Shown here one piece after another: positions 43,133-50,938 of a stretch of 64,000 bases of DNA. This DNA is from Eubacteriales bacterium. Lineage in GTDB: Bacteria > Bacillota > Clostridia > Oscillospirales > CAG-272. Numbering within the stretch: position 1 is the first letter of the stretch; each line of letters begins with the position of its first letter. Position numbers and translations under genes: made by a program. Under the pieces are notes generated by a model, which saw only the letters and a program-made list of their open reading frames with translations, had not been told where the DNA came from and did not search any database. The DNA lies in assembly GCA_045650025.1 (NCBI GenBank), contig JAZRQR010000157.1, forward strand, positions 12,682 through 76,681, given 5' to 3'.

Positions 43133-44089
43133 TCAAAGTCCCAATGTTTGCAAATCAAACTCTGAATGGTTTTTGATAGGTGCTTCACAGATCAGCGCCA
43201 TGACCGCGCCCTGCAACTCAGGCAGCGTTTTGCTTTGCTGCAAGCGCTTGACGTACTTTTTATCCGCGTCAAACACGCCGCTCATCAAAAGCCAGATCTC
43301 CTTCATGCGCCCGTTCACAGCATGGTCGCTGCCCAGCACGCGTGCATAGTGCGCCACCAGATCCTCATGGAAATCGTGCATGAGTGCGCGCGTGACCTTT
43401 TTATCCGAGAGCAGCGCAGGATTGGCAAGCAATCCCCTGCCGATCATGATCGCACGGGTACTTGAAAAACGCTCGGCTATGTACGCGGCGTCCGCCTTCG
43501 TGCACACGTTCCCGTTATAGCACAAGGGGATCTCTGTGTTCTTGGTCACGTACTCGTACGCGTCCAGATGTGGCACGCCGCGGTACAGTTCCTTGCCCGT
43601 ACGGGCATGCACGGTCAGCTCGCACACAGGATATTGATTATAAATTTCCAACAGCGCGGGAAGCTCATCCGCTTCTTGATAGCCAATGCGCGTTTTGATC
43701 GAAATATCAATGGGACAGCGCGCAAACACCTTGTCCAAAAACGCATCCAGCGCATCGGTGTCTGCCAGCATGCCCGCACCCTTTTTCTTGGCGGTCACCG
43801 TGCCCGAGGGGCAGCCGAGATTGAGGTTGACCTCTGAGTATCCGCGCGCGGCGATCTGCTCTGCCATCCACAAAAAGTCGTCCGCATTTTTGCCCAGCAG
43901 CTGCGGCACGGTGGTGGGCGGATTGTTTGCGGGGTCCAGCTCGCGCACCTCGCGAACTGTCAGCTTATGCACCTCCGTGGGCGAAAAAAAGGGTGTATAA
44001 TAGCGGTCGATTCCGCCAAAATATCGTTGATGCAGCGTACGGTATACGCTGTCCGTCAACCCCTCCATGGGGGCAAGATAATATTTCAT
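43133..44089 (-). CDS. tRNA-dihydrouridine synthase (Dus family)
   Basis: Track ORF of 318 aa with MKYYLAPMEGLTDSVYR and NLNLGCPSGTVTAKKKGAGML. Confidence 0.88.
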   Translation of the reverse strand: MKYYLAPMEGLTDSVYRTLHQRYFGGIDRYYTPFFSPTEVHKLTVREVRELDPANNPPTTVPQLLGKNADDFLWMAEQIAARGYSEVNLNLGCPSGTVTAKKKGAGMLADTDALDAFLDKVFARCPIDISIKTRIGYQEADELPALLEIYNQYPVCELTVHARTGKELYRGVPHLDAYEYVTKNTEIPLCYNGNVCTKADAAYIAERFSSTRAIMIGRGLLANPALLSDKKVTRALMHDFHEDLVAHYARVLGSDHAVNGRMKEIWLLMSGVFDADKKYVKRLQQSKTLPELQGAVMALICEAPIKNHSEFDLQTLGL

Positions 44090-44209
44090 AGAAAATCCTT
44101 GCTTTTTCTTTTATTGTAACACATTTTGCACCTTTTTGCAACAGCTTTCGGCAGAATATTTCGCGCGCGAAACATTCATGAATTTTTTGTGAATTTGCAG
44201 AAAAAGCCA

Positions 44210-44238
44210 TTGCACATTTCAGTCTTTTGTGCTACATT
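44210..44238 (+). promoter_or_regulatory. Promoter TTGCAC-N17-TACATT with TGTGC extension
   Basis: TTGCAC (44210-44215) and TGTGCTACATT (44228-44238). The RBS GAAAGGAGA precedes the ATG at 44294. Confidence 0.55.
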
Positions 44239-44293
44239 ATATACTGTATAACAATTTACAATCCCCTGTTGCAGGGCTGAAAGGAGAACCATC

Positions 44294-44611
44294 ATGGATA
44301 AGAATAACAACACCGGTGCAATCGTTCTGACTGCCGTTATCAGTGCAGTTACCGCTGCTGCTTTGACCGCAGCGATCATCTTTGCTGTTCAGAACAGACA
44401 GCAGATCAAGGCAGCTGCTATTCGCGTAAAGAATAAGAGCGTAGACGCAGCAAGCAACCTCAAGGAGAAGACCGTGAACATTGCCAACACCATCAAGGCT
44501 AAGCTGACCAAGAAGAAGGCAGCTTGCGCTGATGAGGAGTGCGACATTGCAGAGGAGCTGACCTTCGAGGAAGCTGACGCTGATCTCCAGATTCTGACTA
44601 TTGAAGAGTAA
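44294..44611 (+). CDS. Small bitopic membrane protein (105 aa): N-terminal TM, Lys-rich middle, acidic Cys-containing tail
   Basis: Track ORF with its own promoter, RBS and terminator. The TM is AIVLTAVISAVTAAALTAAIIFAV, and the tail is ACADEECDIAEELTFEEADAD. Confidence 0.65.
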   Translation: MDKNNNTGAIVLTAVISAVTAAALTAAIIFAVQNRQQIKAAAIRVKNKSVDAASNLKEKTVNIANTIKAKLTKKKAACADEECDIAEELTFEEADADLQILTIEE

Positions 44612-44670
44612 TTCCGAGAAATAAAAAAGCTGCCGTATAGGGCAGCGGAATTAGCGGAGAAATAATTTTA

Positions 44671-44699
44671 GCCACCACGTTTTTGCGTGGTGGCTTTTC
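44671..44699 (+). terminator. Rho-independent terminator
   Basis: GCCACCACG-tttttg-CGTGGTGGC (44671-44694), followed by TTTTC. Confidence 0.7.
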
Positions 44700-44748
44700 A
44701 AATGCGTGGCATCTGCGATCCGTTTTGGTGAAGGAGCGACCGTTAAAT

Positions 44749-44950
44749 GAATCTCACCCACCGCAATCGCGTTGAATATTCTCGGCTTAATCGCCTCAAA
44801 ATTCAACGCTGCGGTCCCCCCTCTCCAGCGGAGAGGGCTAATGTAGCGCATCCGTCTTGTTCAATCATCAAAAAGGGCGACAAAAAGAGCCCTCTCCGCT
44901 GGAGAGGATACCTGCAAGCAGGTTTGACCGCGAAGCGGTGGGTGAGATTC
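44749..44950. repeat. 202-bp nested inverted-repeat element (copy D)
   Basis: The ends are GAATCTCACCCACCGC (44749-44764) and GCGGTGGGTGAGATTC (44935-44950). The internal palindromes CCCTCTCCagcGGAGAGGG and CCTCTCCgctGGAGAGG lie in inverted orientation. There is also a hairpin CGTTGAAT...ATTCAACG. Confidence 0.65.
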
Positions 44951-45066
44951 CCCATACGGACGCTCTTTCACGTCTTATATAACAGAACGCAGAAGCCATA
45001 TAGACTTCTGCATTCTTTTTGTTCTTTTTTTCGCTAATTCCGCAGCCCGATGGCAGCTTTTTTTAT

Positions 45067-45690
45067 TCAGTTTCCTTTTCCAAGCAGGTCCTGCACAGTC
45101 TCCAGGATCTTAAAGCGGATGCGGTATTTGACGTTATCGGTCTCGGTAATGATCTTATACTGCTCCCCCGTCAGCCCCACCGAGATAAACGCCTCCTCAT
45201 TGCTCTGCTCCCCCTGTGCGCTTGCGGCGGACAGACAGAGCGGCGGGAACAGCACGCACCACCAGTTTTGCCCCTCCGCCTCGCCAATGCACACGCGCAA
45301 GGACACGTACGTGCCGCCCGGGAAACAGCAATTTTCATAGTTGCGCGTGGGGTATTCCTCCTTACCAAGCAGTACGCTGACGGGATAATCGTAGCCCTGC
45401 TCCACCACCACCGCCTGCGCCGCTGCCTCGATCTCGTCCGAGTGCTCGGTCAAGATTTGCTCTGCCTGCTCCCTGCTCGCGCATCCTGCAAGCAGCGGCT
45501 CGGTCACGCGCAGCACCTCGTCACGCACCTTGAGCTTGAGTGCCTGATCCTCCTTGGAATCCGAATTTGCCAGCACGTGCAGCCGCACCACGCTCTCATA
45601 GATCTCCTGCTCGCCGTGTACCGGCAGAATGCTGAAAAGCCCCAGTAAAAACAGCAGCACAATGCCGCCCGTAAGTATTCTCTGATTCAT
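45067..45690 (-). CDS. spoIIR: Stage II sporulation protein R
   Basis: Track ORF 45067..45750. The start is moved to MNQRILTGGIVLLFLLGLFSILPV (45690). The motif VVRLHVLANSDSKEDQALKLKVRDEVL is diagnostic. Confidence 0.85.
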   Translation of the reverse strand: MNQRILTGGIVLLFLLGLFSILPVHGEQEIYESVVRLHVLANSDSKEDQALKLKVRDEVLRVTEPLLAGCASREQAEQILTEHSDEIEAAAQAVVVEQGYDYPVSVLLGKEEYPTRNYENCCFPGGTYVSLRVCIGEAEGQNWWCVLFPPLCLSAASAQGEQSNEEAFISVGLTGEQYKIITETDNVKYRIRFKILETVQDLLGKGN

Positions 45691-45783
45691 AAAAAATATC
45701 CTTCCCTTGTGTTTCATAGTATTGTCGTCTGACAAGCCTATGATTGCCATGGGAAGGATATTTTATACACGTGGCGCAAAAAA

Positions 45784-46155
45784 TTATGCGTCCTCGCCGT
45801 CCTCGAGCACCTCATCGTGGAACTCAATGTTCTCCAGAATCTTTGCAATGCGTGCGCCGTGCTCAACCGATGCGTCCTCAATAAAGGTCAGCTCGGGAGT
45901 CATGCGCAGATTGAGCGTTTTTGCAAGCTGAGTACGCATATAGCCGCTTGCCTGACGCAGACCCTTTGCCACGTCCTTTTTATTGCCCGAAAGGCAGGAA
46001 TAATAGACCTTTGCATATTTGAGATCGGGGGTGACGTCTACTGCAGTCACGCTGACGAAGGCATCGCTGACGCGAGGATCCTTGACGCCGCGCAGAATGA
46101 CCATCAACTCCTTCTGCATCTCATCGTTGATTCTGCCTCTTCTGTAATTTGCCAT
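45784..46155 (-). CDS. rbfA: Ribosome-binding factor A
   Basis: Track ORF of 123 aa: MANYRRGRINDEMQKELMVILRGVKDPRVSDAFVSVTAVDVTPDLKYAKVYYS. Confidence 0.9.
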   Translation of the reverse strand: MANYRRGRINDEMQKELMVILRGVKDPRVSDAFVSVTAVDVTPDLKYAKVYYSCLSGNKKDVAKGLRQASGYMRTQLAKTLNLRMTPELTFIEDASVEHGARIAKILENIEFHDEVLEDGEDA

Positions 46156-46236
46156 ACTATCTCCTTATATTTTCATGCTTTGCGCGTTGATTTCAAGGTA
46201 TTGTACCACAAAAGCACGCGCTTGTCAATGACTTTT

Positions 46237-47715
46237 TTACTCGGTACGCATGCAGAATGCAAGCGCGGGCAGATTATTGCCGTTACGCAGATCGGCATAC
46301 TCCACCGACGCACGAATGGAATACGCATACGACACGACGCTTGCGTCCGCGCCATCGGGCACGTCCACCAGTACGCAGCCGCGCGTTTCGATCACGGCGC
46401 GTGCGGGCACGTCACTTCCCTTAGGTCCAACGCGGAAGCCCTTGACTTCCCTGTCAAGGCTGTCGCGCGGCGACTGACCGCAGACGCAAAGTCCGTCACC
46501 GATGTCGGTAAAGGCAACCGTGATCTGCTTGCCGTCTGCCGATTTTTTCGCCTCGGTGGCGCGGGGGGCGCGTGCGTCATACTCGTTGCCAATGCGGTAT
46601 TCGCGTGCAAGTGCCAGCTTGGCAAGGCGCATGGCAAGCTCATACTTACGGGGAGAGTGCGCAAAATCGGGGTGATCGTCGGGTGCACCCAGATCCATAG
46701 CAGGGGTCAGCGTGCTGCCCGGGATGGTCGCCAGTGCATCGGTCTGCTTGACGCGCACGGTGTCCAGGCACGCAAAGTAGGTAAAGCACTCATCGCGGTA
46801 GTCCGAGAGCTGCACGTTATAGAACGGGAACTCCTGTCCAAAGCGTGCACGCTCGTCCTCAACAAAGCGGGTCAGCTCCACGTCGTACACGGGCGCGCGA
46901 TCCGGGAAGCAGCCCTCGCTCTCGCCCTGGAAGAAGATCTGCCCCTTGAACTGCAGCGGCACGAAGGGATGGATGAGCGAATTGTAAAAGCCGCCAAGAG
47001 GTACTGCCACCGTGGTGGTATAGCCAAGCTCGGCTGCCAGCTCTGCGGGCATCAGCTCGCGAATGCAGGCGCCGCCTGCCGCCATCATGATCATGCCCAC
47101 GGGCGCGTCAATATAGCGCAGCAGCTCCTTACCAAAGAACCAGCCGATAGCGGAAAAGCCCATGGCGTCCGGCTCGAGTGGGAGTCGCCAATGCCAATCG
47201 GGATTGATGACGTCGGGCTGCGGTGCAGCACACTGCTCCTGGTGCTCAAAGGCATACTGACGGGTCTGCGTAAACAGGCGCAGCGGCTCGTCCTTGTCGT
47301 ACCATTGCTCGGGTGCCCAGGACAGGCAGGAGGAGAGGTTGTGCTCGGCATTGGACTGACCGCCGATCAGCCACACGTCACCAACAAGCACGTCCTCGAG
47401 CACCGCGCTGTGTCCGCGGTCATCGTAGATCGACATCAGCTTGCCCTCCCATACCGCGCCGTGCGGTACGAAGGTCAGCGTCCATTTGTTGTCCTCATTT
47501 ACGGTGGCAGTTACACGCTCACCCATAAATTCGCCCGTGACAATCGAGCCGGGCGCATTGGAAAAGCCCCAGATGCGAATGGGTCTCTCGCGCTGCAACA
47601 CCATATGCGAGCTAAATACGCCCGATACCTTGAAATCCGGGCAAACCCAGCCGCTTGCGTTGACGGTCAGCTCCTTTTCCTCTTGTCCGGGCAAAGCCAT
47701 TTTGTTTTCTTCCAT
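46237..47715 (-). CDS. SASA-family (sialate O-acetylesterase-like / SGNH) carbohydrate esterase, cytoplasmic
   Basis: Track ORF of 492 aa with GDVWLIGGQSNAEHN (a GQSN block). It has no signal peptide. It starts 7 nt after the MFS-GH2 stop. Confidence 0.78.
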   Translation of the reverse strand: MEENKMALPGQEEKELTVNASGWVCPDFKVSGVFSSHMVLQRERPIRIWGFSNAPGSIVTGEFMGERVTATVNEDNKWTLTFVPHGAVWEGKLMSIYDDRGHSAVLEDVLVGDVWLIGGQSNAEHNLSSCLSWAPEQWYDKDEPLRLFTQTRQYAFEHQEQCAAPQPDVINPDWHWRLPLEPDAMGFSAIGWFFGKELLRYIDAPVGMIMMAAGGACIRELMPAELAAELGYTTTVAVPLGGFYNSLIHPFVPLQFKGQIFFQGESEGCFPDRAPVYDVELTRFVEDERARFGQEFPFYNVQLSDYRDECFTYFACLDTVRVKQTDALATIPGSTLTPAMDLGAPDDHPDFAHSPRKYELAMRLAKLALAREYRIGNEYDARAPRATEAKKSADGKQITVAFTDIGDGLCVCGQSPRDSLDREVKGFRVGPKGSDVPARAVIETRGCVLVDVPDGADASVVSYAYSIRASVEYADLRNGNNLPALAFCMRTE

Positions 47716-47722
47716 GTTGTCC

Positions 47723-50700
47723 TCAATTCCCTGCTATCTTCTCGTAGCAGCTGTATATTTCGCTTGCAAGCGCAGCCATGGCGGCAGCATCTGCCTTTTC
47801 CACTTGTCTGTCGTAGGTCACAAGACCGTTGGTTTCATCCTCCACGTCCGAGATCTGCGTCAGCACGCACGCGCAAAGACCACTCTCCTTGATCGCAGGT
47901 ATGACCTGCTCGCGGTAGAGTGCCTCGGTCGCGGCTTGCCACGCCTCGGGGGTGGGATAGGTGGTGTAGCCGTAGTTGTTGTCGGGGTTAAAGATGTGCC
48001 CCTCTACGCGGCAGGCATAGCCGCCAAACTCGGAAAGCACCACGGGACGGTCACCCCAGGGCTTGATATGGATCTTTTTGAAATAGATATGCTCACTCTG
48101 CACGTCACTTTTCTTGCCCCAGAACCAGCCCGAGGTGGCATCCCACACACGCGAGGGGTCAAGTGCCTTGAGCGTATCATAGGTTTGATCCGCCTCAAAC
48201 TGTCCCCATCCCTCGTTGAAGATGGTGTAATAGCACACGCTGGGGTGGTTATGCAAGAGCCAAACCGTGTTTGAGCTCTCGGTAAAGAATGCTTGCTTGC
48301 GTCTCTTGCTTACTCTGTGCGTAACGCCGCGCTTGAGCCCTGCCGTGGGCAGAGCGGTATCCACAAGGAAGCTGTAGCCGCCGTTGTTGACCATATCCTG
48401 GAACACCACCATGCCCAGCTTGTCGCACAGATAATAGAACACCTGCGGCTCGATCTTGATATGCTTACGCAGCATGTTAGAGCCCATTTTCTTGGCGGTC
48501 AGAATATCGTTTTCATAGCCACGGGGGCTGCCGGGCAGATAGATGCCGTCCGGGAAATAGCCCTGATCCAGAAGTCCGTGGAAGAAATAGGGCTTGCCGT
48601 TGAGGCAAATGCGCGGTGTGCCGCCCACGTTTTCCACACTCACGGTGCGCAGCGCGAAATAGGACTTGACCTCGTCCTTACCCGACCGCAGCGTAAACTC
48701 ATACAGATACGGGTGCTCGGGCGACCAAAGCATAGCGGTCTTAGGCTTGTAGGTGTAAGAATTACCCGTAAAATGCACGGTGTCCGCACCGTCGGGCGTT
48801 TGTACGGTCATTTCATATTCTCCCGTACCGCCCATGATATCGATTTTCACAGAATCAAGCGCGGGCGTCAAACGGATATTTTCGATATACGCGTCGGGCA
48901 CCTGCTCCAGCCATACGGGCTGCCAGATGCCGCTGACGGGGGTATACCACATGCCGCCGCGATCACGGCGCTGCTTACCCCAGCCGAAATTGTGATCCAG
49001 CTTATCGGTGACGATCACGGACAAATGGTTGGTACCCTGTTGTACGTAATCGGTAATATCCAGCCCAAAAGGCAGATAGCCGCCTTCATGAATGCCTGCT
49101 TTTTGATGATTGATCCGCACGTCACAGCTCTGATCCACCGCGCCAAAGTGCAAAATCACGCGCTCACCCTCTCGCTTTTCCAGCTCGAACGTGCGCTTAT
49201 ACTGCCAGCGCTCATCCGCTTGCAGCTGTCTTTCGATACCCGAAAGTCTGCTTTCGGGCGGGAACGGCACGCGGATCTGACCAATATACTCGGTTCCCTG
49301 CTCCCCAATGACCGTAAGCTCCCATTCCCCGCAAAGGCTCTGCCAGCACTCGCGCTTCATGGACGGACGGGGATATTCTTTCTCCCACGCGTTCGCATCC
49401 TGTTCAAAAGGGGTATGCAGCTCCTGCAAACGGGGCTTCTTTTTTTCTCCAAACAGCACCACCAAAAGCAGTACGATACCTGCCACGACCAGCGCGGTCA
49501 GGAAAATATCAGCACTGGGCACAAAGGATTCGGTACCGTCGCCGTTGACGATCCGCTCGGCATCGGCAAGCACCAGCTCGCCGATCCAAGGACCGATGAC
49601 GCCGGGCAGCAGCACCTGCGTAAATATGCGGATGCCCTGCAGTCTGCCCGCCTTGCCGGCAGGGGTCAGATCACGGATCTTGGCACCAAACACGGCAGCG
49701 CCGCAAAGGTAGCCGCACATCATGAAGAGCGAGCCGATAAAGACCGGCAGCTTGCCCGTGCACAGATACAGCACCACAAAGCCCACGCACAGCCAAAGCA
49801 GCGCAATGATGCCCGTGACGCGGAATCCCTTTTTGTCATACACTCTGCCCCAGAACGCGGTTGCAACCGACGCTAAAATGATGGCAGGTGCCATGACCAG
49901 CACGTAATCCGCCATACCCAGCGACACCTCATAGTAAATAATGAGGTATGGCATAAAGATCTGAATGGCGATATTGAACAGCACGAAAATGCCAAGCAGC
50001 ACGTACAGCTGCGGATGCTTTGCCATGGTGGACGGACGGAATCCGTACATCACCGAGGAAACGTACCCATCCTTGACCGGCTTGATGGCAGGGTCTTTGA
50101 TCAAGAAAAATCCCAGCACGCCCGCGATCAGCACAAGCCCACCGATCACGCAGAACATCAGCGTCCAGTATGCGGGCATGGACTGCGAGAGGCTGGCAGG
50201 CACCAGCATCATACCGCCAAACACCAAGAGAATGGCGATCAGCGGCATCATGGCGTTCAGACCCTCCGCCGCACCTCGGTTTTTCTCGGTGGTGCTGTCG
50301 GTCAGCCAGGCGTTAAACGCCGCATCGTTGGCAGTTGAGCCAAAGAAGGTCATGATGCAGTCCAGCGCCACGGTCAGCGAAATGCCCACGGTGGCAGCCG
50401 AGACGGTCATGGGAATGATGGTGGAAATCCAGTCCACGCGCAGAGCGGCAAAGGCAAAAATGGAAATGCCCCACAGAATATAGCCGCCCGAAATAAACAG
50501 ACGGCGCTTGCCGATCTTATCCGAAAGCGCGCCCATAAAAATGGTGGTCAGCGTAGCTGCCACCGCCGAAGCGCTCACCATCAGACGAATATCGCCCGGG
50601 GATGCCGCGAACATTTTGTAAATGAATACGTTGAGGTACATATTCTCGACCACCCATGCGATCTGCCCCAGCAGGCCAAACAGCACAAGCGCCATATAGA

Positions 50701-50725
50701 ATCTTCCCTTTCCTTTTTGCTTCAT
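47723..50725 (-). CDS. Fusion ORF: N-terminal 12-TM MFS-type transporter (~435 aa) plus C-terminal glycoside hydrolase family 2 enzyme (~545 aa)
   Basis: Track ORF of 1000 aa. The N-terminal half is polytopic (LSDKIGKRRLF loop). The linker is GEKKKPRLQELHTPFEQDANAWEKE. The GH2 N-terminal hallmark follows (EYPRPSMKRECWQSLCGEWEL), then VILHFGAVDQSCDVRINHQKAG, NMLRKHIKIEP and NHPSVCYYTIFNEGWG. Confidence 0.75.
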   Translation of the reverse strand: MKQKGKGRFYMALVLFGLLGQIAWVVENMYLNVFIYKMFAASPGDIRLMVSASAVAATLTTIFMGALSDKIGKRRLFISGGYILWGISIFAFAALRVDWISTIIPMTVSAATVGISLTVALDCIMTFFGSTANDAAFNAWLTDSTTEKNRGAAEGLNAMMPLIAILLVFGGMMLVPASLSQSMPAYWTLMFCVIGGLVLIAGVLGFFLIKDPAIKPVKDGYVSSVMYGFRPSTMAKHPQLYVLLGIFVLFNIAIQIFMPYLIIYYEVSLGMADYVLVMAPAIILASVATAFWGRVYDKKGFRVTGIIALLWLCVGFVVLYLCTGKLPVFIGSLFMMCGYLCGAAVFGAKIRDLTPAGKAGRLQGIRIFTQVLLPGVIGPWIGELVLADAERIVNGDGTESFVPSADIFLTALVVAGIVLLLVVLFGEKKKPRLQELHTPFEQDANAWEKEYPRPSMKRECWQSLCGEWELTVIGEQGTEYIGQIRVPFPPESRLSGIERQLQADERWQYKRTFELEKREGERVILHFGAVDQSCDVRINHQKAGIHEGGYLPFGLDITDYVQQGTNHLSVIVTDKLDHNFGWGKQRRDRGGMWYTPVSGIWQPVWLEQVPDAYIENIRLTPALDSVKIDIMGGTGEYEMTVQTPDGADTVHFTGNSYTYKPKTAMLWSPEHPYLYEFTLRSGKDEVKSYFALRTVSVENVGGTPRICLNGKPYFFHGLLDQGYFPDGIYLPGSPRGYENDILTAKKMGSNMLRKHIKIEPQVFYYLCDKLGMVVFQDMVNNGGYSFLVDTALPTAGLKRGVTHRVSKRRKQAFFTESSNTVWLLHNHPSVCYYTIFNEGWGQFEADQTYDTLKALDPSRVWDATSGWFWGKKSDVQSEHIYFKKIHIKPWGDRPVVLSEFGGYACRVEGHIFNPDNNYGYTTYPTPEAWQAATEALYREQVIPAIKESGLCACVLTQISDVEDETNGLVTYDRQVEKADAAAMAALASEIYSCYEKIAGN

Positions 50726-50800
50726 AGGTCTCTTATCTCCTTATGCGGATCCTTATGCGGAAATGGGGTGACGGACACGCCGCCACCCCTTTTTTCATCA

Positions 50801-50920
50801 TCACAGAACGTTGAGCAACGATACGACCAGCAAAGCACCGGTTAAGCCGGTTGCTACAAGCAGAATGCCCTGCACCGCAGCCACAGCGGTAGAGATCAAC
50901 GTAATCCAAACAGGCTTCAT
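50801..50920 (-). CDS. Unannotated 39-aa hydrophobic peptide (MKPVWITLISTAVAAVQGILLVATGLTGALLVVSLLNVL)
   Basis: It falls below the track size cutoff. The ATG is at 50920, 7-8 nt after AGAAAGGGA and 18 nt after the DUF4091 gene stop. The stop is TGA at 50801-50803. The hairpin GGGGTG..CACCCC (50765-50789) follows. Confidence 0.4.
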   Translation of the reverse strand: MKPVWITLISTAVAAVQGILLVATGLTGALLVVSLLNVL

Positions 50921-50938
50921 AACAAATCCCTTTCTGAT

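Noticed and set aside
45784-46155. rbfA sitting alone downstream of a glycan locus instead of in a nusA-infB-rbfA-truB context
   Set aside because: It is unusual relative to the textbook operon, but gene order for rbfA varies widely in Firmicutes. I see no sequence anomaly in the gene itself. This is not enough to call it a finding.
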